A stretch of 32,000 nt of DNA from Mycolicibacterium smegmatis (GTDB lineage: Bacteria; Actinomycetota; Actinomycetes; Mycobacteriales; Mycobacteriaceae). The notes below the pieces were generated by a model that searched no databases, was not told the DNA's origin, and saw nothing but the letters and a program-made list of their open reading frames with translations. Positions within the stretch are counted from its first letter, which is position 1, and each line of letters begins with the position of its first letter. The translations under genes and the position numbers were made by a program. The stretch lies in assembly GCF_001457595.1 (NCBI RefSeq), contig NZ_LN831039.1:3180001-3212000 (forward strand), read 5' to 3'. Of the stretch, positions 1 through 12,001 are shown piece after piece.

Positions 1-834
1 ATGCGCCGCGCGCTGGAATACGCCACGGGTCTGGGCGTGCTCATCGCCCAGCACGCCGAGGAACCCCGTCTCACCGTCGGCGCCGTCGCGCACGAAGGGC
101 CGATTGCGGCCAGGCTCGGTCTGGCCGGGTGGCCCCGCGCCGCAGAGGAGTCGATCGTCGCGCGTGACGCGCTGCTGGCGCGTGACGCCGGTGCGCGTGT
201 GCACATCTGCCACGCGTCCACTGCGGGTACCGTCGAGCTTCTGAAATGGGCCAAGGCACAGGGGATCTCGATCACCGCCGAGGTGACCCCGCACCACCTG
301 CTGCTCGACGACTCGCGGCTGGAGACCTACGACGGGCGCAACCGCGTGAACCCGCCGCTGCGTGAGGCCGAGGACGCCGTGGCACTGCGCCAGGCGTTGG
401 CCGACGGTGTCATCGACTGTGTGGCCACCGATCACGCGCCGCACGCCGAGCACGAGAAGTGCTGCGAGTTCTCGGTCGCGCGCCCGGGCATGCTGGGCCT
501 GCAGACCGCGCTGTCGGTGGTCGTCGAGACCATGGTGCGTCCGGGGCTCTTGACCTGGCGCGGTGTGGCCAAGGTGATGAGCGAGGCCCCGGCGGCCATC
601 GTCGGCCTGCCCGATCAGGGCCGCCCGCTGGAGGTGGGTGAGCCCGCCAACCTGACGGTCGTCGACCCCGACGCCACCTGGACCGTGGCAGGCACCGAAC
701 TGGCCAGCCGGTCGGACAACACGCCGTTCGAGACCATGACGCTGCCCGCGACCGTGACCGCGACCCTGCTGCGCGGCCGGGTCACCGCGCGTGACGGCAA
801 GTCCGCTCCGGCAGGTGGGGGCTCGGTACGGTGA
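1..834 (+). CDS. pyrC: Dihydroorotase, C-terminal ~277 aa (5' end lies upstream of the window)
   Basis: Open frame from base 1 to TGA at 832-834. Amidohydrolase/dihydroorotase motif VATDHAPH. Followed by carA-carB-pyrF as in the mycobacterial pyr operon. About 430 aa is expected, so the gene is truncated by the window edge. Confidence 0.9.
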   Translation: MRRALEYATGLGVLIAQHAEEPRLTVGAVAHEGPIAARLGLAGWPRAAEESIVARDALLARDAGARVHICHASTAGTVELLKWAKAQGISITAEVTPHHLLLDDSRLETYDGRNRVNPPLREAEDAVALRQALADGVIDCVATDHAPHAEHEKCCEFSVARPGMLGLQTALSVVVETMVRPGLLTWRGVAKVMSEAPAAIVGLPDQGRPLEVGEPANLTVVDPDATWTVAGTELASRSDNTPFETMTLPATVTATLLRGRVTARDGKSAPAGGGSVR

Positions 835-1331
835 ACACACCGACGCTCATCGCCTCGCTGGTGATGGCGGCACTGCTCGTGGTGCTGATCGCGTTCCTCA
901 TCCGACAGATGTTGCGTGGCTGGGTGCACCGCGCGCAGCGTCAGGTCGAGCTGATCGGGAGGCTGCCCGCGCTGCCCGACTCGGTGGGGCCCGCGATCGT
1001 GGCGCCCACCAAGGGGCTCTATGTCGGCACGACGCTGGTGCCGCACTGGAACGACAAGGTCGCCGTGGGCGATCTGGGGTTTCGCGCCAAGGCCGTTTTG
1101 ACGCGCTTCCCCGAGGGAATCATGGTGCAGCGCACCGGTGCCGGGCCGATCTGGATCCCCGACGAGTCGATCGTCGTGATCCGGACCGAGCGCGCCATCG
1201 CGGGCAAGGCACTGACACACGACGGCATTCTCGTCATCCGCTGGCGGCTGCCGTCGGGTGTCGAGATCGACACAGGGTTCCGCGCTGACGTTCGCGCGGA
1301 ACTGAACCGCTGGCTGGAGGAAAACGCATGA
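831..1331 (+). CDS. Small membrane-anchored protein, PH-like C-terminal domain, unknown function (Rv1382-like position)
   Basis: 166-aa ORF. The GTG start overlaps the pyrC stop (GTGA) and its TGA overlaps the carA ATG (ATGA). N-terminal hydrophobic helix [19 protein letters not shown] followed by a soluble beta-rich domain. High GC3. Confidence 0.75.
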   Translation: MNTPTLIASLVMAALLVVLIAFLIRQMLRGWVHRAQRQVELIGRLPALPDSVGPAIVAPTKGLYVGTTLVPHWNDKVAVGDLGFRAKAVLTRFPEGIMVQRTGAGPIWIPDESIVVIRTERAIAGKALTHDGILVIRWRLPSGVEIDTGFRADVRAELNRWLEENA

Positions 1332-2476
1332 CGCGCAATGGAAAGCGGGGCGGCGAGAAGGCCGTCCTGGTGCTTGAGGACGGTCGCGTCTTCACCGGGG
1401 TCTCGTTCGGGGCGGTCGGGCAGACGCTCGGCGAGGCGGTGTTCTCCACCGGCATGTCGGGTTACCAGGAGACGCTCACCGACCCCAGCTACTACGGGCA
1501 GATCGTGGTGGCCACCGCGCCGCAGATCGGCAACACCGGCTGGAACGACGAGGACGCCGAGAGCCGCGGCGACAAGATCTGGGTCGCGGGCTACGCGGTG
1601 CGTGACCCGTCGCCGCGCGCGTCGAACTGGCGCGCCACGCGCACCCTCGACGACGAACTGGTCGCCCAGGGCATCGTCGGCATCGCGGGCATCGACACCC
1701 GCGCGGTCGTGCGCCACCTGCGCACGCGTGGGTCGATGAAGGCCGGCGTGTTCTCAGGCGACGCCCTCGCCGACGACGACGTGCTGCTCGACCGTGTGCG
1801 CAACCAGCCGTCGATGCTGGGCGCGGACCTGGCGGGCAAAGTCACCACCGGTGAGACCTACGTCGTCGACCCCGAAGGCGAGCACCGGTTCACGGTCGCG
1901 GCCGTGGATCTGGGCATCAAGACCAACACGCCGCGCAACTTCGCACGCCGAGGTGTGCGCACGCACGTCCTGCCCGCCGCGGCGACGTTCGACCAGATCG
2001 CCGATCTCAAACCCAACGGGGTGTTCCTGTCCAACGGGCCGGGCGACCCGGCCACCGCGGACCACATCGTCGAGGTGACCCGCGAGGTGCTCGGCGCCGG
2101 GATCCCGTTGTTCGGCATCTGCTTCGGCAACCAGATCCTGGGCCGCGCGCTGGGCCGGTCCACCTACAAGATGGTCTTCGGGCACCGCGGGATCAACATC
2201 CCGGTGGTCGACCACATCACCGGGCGCGTCGCGATCACCGCGCAGAACCACGGCTTCGCGCTGGAGGGCGAGGCCGGCGAGAAGTTCGACACGCCGTTCG
2301 GCACCGCGGAGGTCAGCCACACGTGCGCCAACGACGGTGTGGTCGAAGGTGTCCGCCTGGTCAACGGCAAGGCGTTCTCGGTGCAGTACCACCCCGAGGC
2401 CGCGGGCGGCCCGCACGACGCGGAGTACCTGTTCGACCAGTTCATCGACCTGATGGCGGGGGAGCACCACTCGTGA
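1328..2476 (+). CDS. carA: Carbamoyl-phosphate synthase small (glutaminase) subunit
   Basis: 382 aa. Class-I glutamine amidotransferase nucleophile elbow GICFGNQ and a HPE catalytic pair near the C-terminus. Operon context. Confidence 0.95.
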   Translation: MTRNGKRGGEKAVLVLEDGRVFTGVSFGAVGQTLGEAVFSTGMSGYQETLTDPSYYGQIVVATAPQIGNTGWNDEDAESRGDKIWVAGYAVRDPSPRASNWRATRTLDDELVAQGIVGIAGIDTRAVVRHLRTRGSMKAGVFSGDALADDDVLLDRVRNQPSMLGADLAGKVTTGETYVVDPEGEHRFTVAAVDLGIKTNTPRNFARRGVRTHVLPAAATFDQIADLKPNGVFLSNGPGDPATADHIVEVTREVLGAGIPLFGICFGNQILGRALGRSTYKMVFGHRGINIPVVDHITGRVAITAQNHGFALEGEAGEKFDTPFGTAEVSHTCANDGVVEGVRLVNGKAFSVQYHPEAAGGPHDAEYLFDQFIDLMAGEHHS

Positions 2477-2498
2477 CCCGTCGCCAGTCTTTTTCCAC

Positions 2499-2561
2499 CG
2501 CGAGCGTGCGTGTCTGTCGCGCGCCACGCCGTCAAAACATCTGCAAGCACGCACGCTCGTG
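2499..2561 (+). promoter_or_regulatory. Long-loop hairpin in the carA-carB spacer (12-bp perfect inverted repeat)
   Basis: CGAGCGTGCGTG (2501-2512) is the exact reverse complement of CACGCACGCTCG (2548-2559). Extendable by G-U (2500/2560) and C-G (2499/2561). 35-nt loop. Confidence 0.5.
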
Positions 2562-2581
2562 CCGGACTGGGGGTGCGCTCA

Positions 2582-5925
<3,344 letters not shown>

Positions 5926-5929
<4 letters not shown>

Positions 5930-6756
5930 CGGGATTCGGGCAGCGGCTCGACGCCGCGGTGTCGGCGCGCGGGCCGCTGTGCCCCGGCATCGACCCGCAT
6001 CCGGAGCTCTTGAACGCCTGGGGCCTGACGGTCGACGCCGAGGGCCTGCGTGCGTTCTGCGACATCTGCGTCGCGGCGTTCGCGGGCTTCGCCATCGTCA
6101 AACCGCAGGTCGCGTTCTTCGAGGCCTACGGTTCGGCGGGGTTCGCGGTGCTGGAGGACACCATCGCGGCGCTGCGCGCCGAAGGTGTGCTGGTGCTCGC
6201 CGACGCCAAACGCGGCGACATCGGCTCCACGATGGCGGCCTACGCCGCGGCGTGGGCCGGTGATTCGCCGCTGGCCGCCGACGCCGTGACGGCGTCGCCG
6301 TACCTCGGATTCGGTTCGTTACGACCACTTCTGGACACCGCGGTGGCCAACGGCCGCGGCGTGTTCGTGCTCGCCGCGACCTCCAATCCCGAGGGTGTCG
6401 GCCTGCAACGCGCCGTGGCAGGCGACGTCACCGTCGCGCAGTCGATCGTCGACGCGGTCGCGCAGGCGAACCGGGAGGCGGATCCGGCGGCGCGCGACGG
6501 CGATCCGGTGGGCCCGTTCGGTGTCGTGGTGGGCGCGACGGTGGCCGATCCGCCCGACCTGCACATGCTGGGCGGCCCGGTGCTGGTACCCGGCGTCGGT
6601 GCGCAGGGCGGTAGACCGGAGGCGCTGGGCGGCCTCGGGAATGCGCGACGCCTGCTGCCCGCGGTCTCCCGCGAGGTGCTGCGCGCGGGACCCGCCGTCG
6701 ACGACGTGCGGGCCGCGGCCGAACGACTGCGCGACCAGGTGGCCTATCTGGCCTGA
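5926..6756 (+). CDS. pyrF: Orotidine-5'-phosphate decarboxylase (type 2)
   Basis: The ATG at 5926 overlaps the carB TGA (ATGA). 276 aa. Motif [13 protein letters not shown]. The ORF-track start at 5806 lies inside carB. Confidence 0.9.
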
Positions 6757-6968
6757 CGGGCCCACCACGCGACAGCGCCATTGCGCCGACAATCGTCGGT
6801 CCAACGGCTCAGGTACGAGCCGGATTTCAGATGTGTCCGGGCCGGCAGCCCTGTGCCGGTGCGGCGACGTTCGTGCCGGCAGCGATGAGCAGCGCGACGA
6901 GCGCTGACATACAACGGGATTCGGATCGCCGCGCGAGTTCGCCTGCGGCGCAGTCCATCACGAGGCCA

Positions 6969-6990
6969 TCGCGGGGCCGTCGCGGGGCCG
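6969..6990 (+). repeat. Tandem 11-mer TCGCGGGGCCG x2, followed by a degenerate third copy
   Basis: Direct reading: tcgcggggccg (6969-6979), tcgcggggccg (6980-6990), then tcgtggcgca. Confidence 0.8.
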
Positions 6991-7770
6991 TCGTGGCGCA
7001 TCCAGACGCTGACAGTCAGAACCCCCGGTTGTGGCGACACCAACTCGAATGCGCCGGCGACGGCGGTCCTCGCCCGGTGCCGTGCCACCCCGGTGAGACC
7101 AGGGGAGTGGGAGACGTCCGCCGGGGGGATCCGGTCACGCCTGGTTCCACGGGCCCTCCGGGCGCCCTGGATGGCCCCTGACTGGCTCCTGGAAGGTCAT
7201 CCGGCAGCCCGGGACGGTGCTCTCCGGATTCGTGGCCGTCTGGGCGCCCTGGTGGTGACAACTGCCGAAGTCACACGCGGTTCCGCCGATCCGGCCGCCG
7301 TCACGCCCGCAGGGGGTGCGATCCGGGCGGATCGCGAACCGGCAGGTGCAACGAATGCGCAGGTCAAGGCCGTGATGTGCATCTTCGGCCTGTGGTCGGG
7401 GCATGCGTGGAGTACGCGACGGGCGAAGGTTGCTCAGGCGGTCTGTGCATCTGCGTTGCGTGGATCGTGGCGTCGTGGAACGTTTCGACCGCGTCATTTG
7501 ACCCGCCCGTCAGGGCCTCGACACGCCCGACACGCAGTGACCAGCGAAAATTTTCTTCAACCGGTGCCACGGCCCGGTCCGCGGGCGACCGGTCTGCCGC
7601 AGGCCGTTCCCCAAGCGTCCGGCGAAGGCCTCCGAAAACCGTTGACGTGCAGGAATATCCAGATATCTGCCCGAAGAGCGGCGCCGAATCCCGCCGTCGG
7701 CGACCGATCGGGGGCGCGCGCCGGGGTGCACTACACGCTGGGCTTTTGGCGCTGTAACCAGGGGGTGGGG

Positions 7771-7800
7771 TTAGCTTTCGTCAGCTTGCGTGGGTACGGT
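7771..7800 (+). promoter_or_regulatory. Candidate mihF promoter (-35 TTAGCT, 18-nt spacer, -10 TACGGT)
   Basis: TACGGT (7795-7800) fits the mycobacterial TANNNT -10 pattern. It would give a ~75-nt leader to the GTG at 7882. Sequence pattern only. Confidence 0.25.
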
Positions 7801-7881
7801 CATCGTCGCTGGCTGTGTTTGTGCTCCAGCCGAGACAAATCAAGTTATGGCCGAGAAGATCGCCAGGAGACGGAGGAACCC

Positions 7882-8199
7882 GTGGCCCTTCCCCAGTTGA
7901 CCGACGAACAGCGCGCGGCAGCGTTGGAGAAGGCTGCTGCCGCACGTCGAGCGCGAGCCGAGCTCAAGGATCGACTCAAGCGCGGCGGCACCAACCTCAA
8001 GCAGGTGCTCACCGACGCCGAGACCGACGAGGTCCTCGGCAAGATGAAGGTTTCCGCGCTGCTGGAAGCTCTGCCCAAGGTGGGCAAGGTCAAGGCGCAG
8101 GAAATCATGACCGAACTGGAGATCGCTCCGACCCGCCGTCTGCGCGGCCTCGGCGATCGCCAGCGCAAGGCCTTGCTGGAGAAGTTCGACCAGTCGTAA
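7882..8199 (+). CDS. mihF: Mycobacterial integration host factor (nucleoid-associated protein)
   Basis: GTG at 7882 preceded by the purine-rich SD GGAGACGGAGGA (7866-7877). 105 aa beginning (M)[28 protein letters not shown], matching my memory of the mIHF N-terminus. GC3 is 86/105. The frame remains open far upstream (see findings). Confidence 0.9.
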   Translation: MALPQLTDEQRAAALEKAAAARRARAELKDRLKRGGTNLKQVLTDAETDEVLGKMKVSALLEALPKVGKVKAQEIMTELEIAPTRRLRGLGDRQRKALLEKFDQS

Positions 8200-8209
8200 G
8201 GCGCGCAGA

Positions 8210-8812
8210 TTGACTGTCGGCCGTGGGGCCGGACAACGCGCGACTGATGGGCCCGCACGGGCCCGGGTCGTCGTGCTGTCCGGCCCCTCAGCTGTCGGGA
8301 AGTCAACCGTGGTCCGCTGTCTGCGGGAACGGCTTCCTGACCTGTACTTTTCCGTGTCCGTCACCACCAGGGCGCCCCGTCCCGGGGAGGTCGACGGCGT
8401 GGACTACACCTTTGTCAGCCCGGAACGCTTCCAGCAGTTGATCGACGACGGGGAACTGCTCGAATGGGCCGAGATCCACGGCGGTCTGCACCGCTCGGGC
8501 ACGCCCGCCGCGCCCGTCCGTGAGGCCACCAGGGCAGGCCGACCGGTACTGATCGAGGTCGACCTGGCCGGCGCGAGGGCCGTCAAGCAGGCCATGCCCG
8601 AGGTCGTCTCGGTGTTCCTGGCCCCGCCGAGCTGGGACGAACTCGTGCGCCGCCTGTCCGGCCGCGGCACCGAAACGCCCGAGGTGATGGCCCGGCGCCT
8701 GGACACCGCCAGAGCCGAAATGGCTGCACAATCCGATTTCGACCGCGTCGTGGTGAACCGGCAGTTGGATTCGGCATGCGCGGAATTGGTATCCTTGCTG
8801 GTGGACAGCTGA
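8210..8812 (+). CDS. gmk: Guanylate kinase
   Basis: 200 aa from TTG at 8210. P-loop GPSAVGKST. The long N-terminal lead-in before the P-loop resembles mycobacterial Gmk. The exact start is uncertain. Confidence 0.88.
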   Translation: MTVGRGAGQRATDGPARARVVVLSGPSAVGKSTVVRCLRERLPDLYFSVSVTTRAPRPGEVDGVDYTFVSPERFQQLIDDGELLEWAEIHGGLHRSGTPAAPVREATRAGRPVLIEVDLAGARAVKQAMPEVVSVFLAPPSWDELVRRLSGRGTETPEVMARRLDTARAEMAAQSDFDRVVVNRQLDSACAELVSLLVDS

Positions 8813-8927
8813 CGACTCACCGTGCCGACCGACGAACTCGGGCGCATTCGGGTTGTGAGCCACCGGTCACGCTGTTCACAAATGCATTCACGGCATTCGT
8901 AACCAACAACCGCCAGGAGACTTCTTC

Positions 8928-9251
8928 GTGAGCACCCCGCACGCCGATGCGCAGCTGAACGCTGCGGACGACCTCGGTATCGATTCGTCCGCTGCCAGCG
9001 CCTACGACACGCCGTTGGGCATCACCAACCCGCCCATCGACGAGTTGCTGTCGCGCGCGTCGAGCAAGTACGCGCTGGTGATCTACGCCGCCAAGCGGGC
9101 CCGCCAGATCAACGATTACTACAACCAGCTCGGCGACGGCATCCTCGAATACGTCGGCCCGCTGGTCGAGCCCGGCCTGCAGGAGAAGCCCCTCTCGATC
9201 GCGCTGCGCGAGATCCACGGGGACCTGCTCGAGCACACCGAAGGCGAATAG
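8928..9251 (+). CDS. rpoZ: DNA-directed RNA polymerase subunit omega
   Basis: 107 aa. GTG start with SD CCAGGAGA upstream. Conserved core [30 protein letters not shown]. Confidence 0.92.
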   Translation: MSTPHADAQLNAADDLGIDSSAASAYDTPLGITNPPIDELLSRASSKYALVIYAAKRARQINDYYNQLGDGILEYVGPLVEPGLQEKPLSIALREIHGDLLEHTEGE

Positions 9252-9269
9252 CCAGGCAAGGGCCGGTTC

Positions 9270-10514
9270 GTGAGCGCGCGCAAGCGGATCGTCGTCGGCG
9301 TCGCCGGCGGGATCGCCGCCTACAAGGCGTGCACTGTTGTCCGTCAACTCACCGAGGCTGGGCATTCGGTGCGGGTCGTCCCCACCGAGTCCGCGTTGCG
9401 CTTCGTCGGTGCCGCGACCTTCGAGGCGCTGTCCGGTAACCCGGTGCACACCGGGGTGTTCACCGACGTCCGCGAGGTGCAGCACGTCCGCATCGGCCAG
9501 CAGGCCGACCTCGTCGTCATCGCACCTGCCACCGCCGATCTCCTGGCCCGCGCGGTCGCGGGGCGTGCCGACGATCTGCTGACCGCCACGCTGCTCACCG
9601 CACGATGCCCCGTGCTGTTCGCGCCTGCCATGCACACCGAGATGTGGTTGCACCCGGCCACCGTCGACAACGTGGCCACGCTGCGCCGTCGCGGTGCGGT
9701 GGTGCTGGAACCGGCGTCCGGACGTCTCACAGGCGCCGACAGCGGCCCGGGCCGGCTCCCTGAGGCCGAGGAGATCACCACACTCGCGCAGCTGCTGCTG
9801 GAACGCGCCGACGCGCTTCCCTACGACATGGCCGGGGTCAAGGCCCTGGTGACCGCTGGTGGTACGCGTGAGCCGCTCGACCCGGTCCGTTTCATCGGCA
9901 ACCGCAGCTCCGGCAAGCAGGGCTACGCCGTCGCGCGTGTGCTGGCCCAGCGTGGCGCCGACGTGACGCTCATCGCGGGCAACACGGCCGGTCTGATCGA
10001 TCCCGCGGGCGTCGAGATGGTCCACATCGGCTCGGCGACCCAGCTGCGCGACGCGGTGTCCAAGCACGCACCCGACGCGAACGTTCTGGTGATGGCCGCC
10101 GCGGTCGCCGACTTCCGTCCTGCGCACGTTGCCGCCGCGAAGATCAAGAAGGGCGCCTCGGAACCCAGCTCGATCGATCTTGTCCGCAACGACGACGTGC
10201 TGGCCGGAGCGGTCCGCGCCAGGGCCGACGGACAGTTGCCAAACATGCGCGCGATCGTCGGTTTCGCCGCGGAAACCGGGGACGCGAACGGCGACGTGCT
10301 GTTCCACGCCAGGGCGAAACTCGAGCGTAAGGGCTGTGACCTGCTGGTCGTCAACGCCGTGGGGGAGAACCGGGCATTCGAGGTGGACCACAACGACGGA
10401 TGGTTGCTGAGTGCCGACGGCACCGAGTCCGCACTGGAGCACGGGTCGAAGACGCTGATGGCCACCCGTATCGTGGACTCGATTGCGGCCTTCCTGAAGA
10501 GCCAGGACGGGTAG
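9270..10514 (+). CDS. coaBC: Bifunctional phosphopantothenoylcysteine decarboxylase / phosphopantothenate-cysteine ligase
   Basis: 414 aa. N-terminal flavoprotein fold KRIVVGVAGGIAAYKA. C-terminal CoaB motif GNRSSGKQG. Confidence 0.9.
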   Translation: MSARKRIVVGVAGGIAAYKACTVVRQLTEAGHSVRVVPTESALRFVGAATFEALSGNPVHTGVFTDVREVQHVRIGQQADLVVIAPATADLLARAVAGRADDLLTATLLTARCPVLFAPAMHTEMWLHPATVDNVATLRRRGAVVLEPASGRLTGADSGPGRLPEAEEITTLAQLLLERADALPYDMAGVKALVTAGGTREPLDPVRFIGNRSSGKQGYAVARVLAQRGADVTLIAGNTAGLIDPAGVEMVHIGSATQLRDAVSKHAPDANVLVMAAAVADFRPAHVAAAKIKKGASEPSSIDLVRNDDVLAGAVRARADGQLPNMRAIVGFAAETGDANGDVLFHARAKLERKGCDLLVVNAVGENRAFEVDHNDGWLLSADGTESALEHGSKTLMATRIVDSIAAFLKSQDG

Positions 10515-10572
10515 CGAGAGCAGTAACACGACCATCGCATCCGGATTGCGCGAAAGGGTTGCGCGGCAGCGT

Positions 10573-10614
10573 CCCAAGCGCTTGGGTGCAACAGGGCAGA
10601 ATTGAGATTCGCCC
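10573..10614 (+). terminator. Two consecutive hairpins downstream of coaBC (candidate terminator)
   Basis: Perfect 14-nt palindrome CCCAAGCGCTTGGG (10573-10586). Then GGGC-A-GAAT / TGAG loop / ATTC-GCCC (10594-10614). No U-tract, as is common in mycobacteria. Confidence 0.35.
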
Positions 10615-10621
10615 GACTAAC

Positions 10622-10627
10622 TAATTT
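10622..10627 (+). promoter_or_regulatory. Candidate metK -10 hexamer TAATTT in an unusually AT-rich patch
   Basis: gactaactaatttgagatgtttcaagg is the most AT-rich stretch near metK. A TSS ~7 nt downstream would leave a ~20-nt leader containing the SD AAGGAAGGA (10638-10646). Confidence 0.3.
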
Positions 10628-10654
10628 GAGATGTTTCAAGGAAGGACGCGGACC

Positions 10655-11854
<1,200 letters not shown>

Positions 11855-11868
11855 TTTCGTCTTGTCCG

Positions 11869-11902
11869 GAACTGCCCGATCTCTTCGGAGATTGGGCAGT
11901 TC
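11869..11902 (+). terminator. metK intrinsic terminator hairpin
   Basis: GAACTGCCCGATCTC-TTCG-GAGATTGGGCAGTTC: 15-bp stem (one G-U) with a TTCG tetraloop, 15 nt after the metK stop. Confidence 0.7.
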
Positions 11903-12001
11903 TGCGTCTGACGGCGATAAAAGTGCGATGAGCGCAACCCTGGATCGAAACGTCCGACTGGTTTACAGTTCGGCCCGTTTGAGTGCCTGGCAGATAGGTG
12001 A

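Noticed and set aside
2510-2581. Longer N-termini offered by the ORF track for carB (2510), pyrF (5806), mihF (7093), metK (10631), metI (12940), YhhN (15452), priA (16276), LemA (20010) and ribBA (28359).
   Set aside because: The extensions overlap upstream genes or add residues unrelated to the conserved N-termini. Internal starts give canonical N-termini, SD sequences or 4-nt stop/start overlaps.
2477-2581. PyrR-binding attenuator or ArgR (ARG box) operator in the carA-carB spacer.
   Set aside because: The hairpin loop lacks the PyrR recognition sequence (ARUCCAGAGAGGYU-like). There is no AT-rich ARG-box-like palindrome. The structure is retained as an unexplained hairpin only.
6831-7181. 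116-aa plus-strand ORF and 114-aa minus-strand ORF (6744-7088) in the pyrF-mihF gap as possible genes.
   Set aside because: GC3 is only ~74% for the plus ORF. The products are Arg/Pro/Ser-rich low-complexity sequences with no SD, no motifs and no hydrophobic core, so they cannot be distinguished from chance ORFs in GC-rich DNA.
7160-7255. GGGCGCCC palindromes (7160-7167, 7242-7249; a related GGGCGCC/GGCGCCC at 25169-25186) as a dispersed repeat family.
   Set aside because: 8-bp GC-only palindromes are expected by chance at appreciable frequency at 67% GC, and the flanking sequence is not shared beyond ~11 nt. Noted only as part of the gap description.
8844-8898. Three GCATTC hexamers (8844, 8884, 8893) upstream of rpoZ as a repeated operator.
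   Set aside because: The hexamers are too short and irregularly spaced to separate from chance, and they have no palindromic partner. This is probably just the promoter-proximal AT-richer region of rpoZ.
11903-12001. Possible SAM riboswitch upstream of metN. Short matches were noticed (UGAGUGCC and GCAACCCU, reminiscent of SAM-IV/SAM-I core strings). The metK leader (10515-10654) was also considered.
   Set aside because: The matching strings are in the wrong order and spacing. One sits within ~25 nt of the start codon, and I cannot build the P1-P4 helices of SAM-I/IV. The leader is too short (~100 nt including the SD). Only a covariance-model scan could overturn this.
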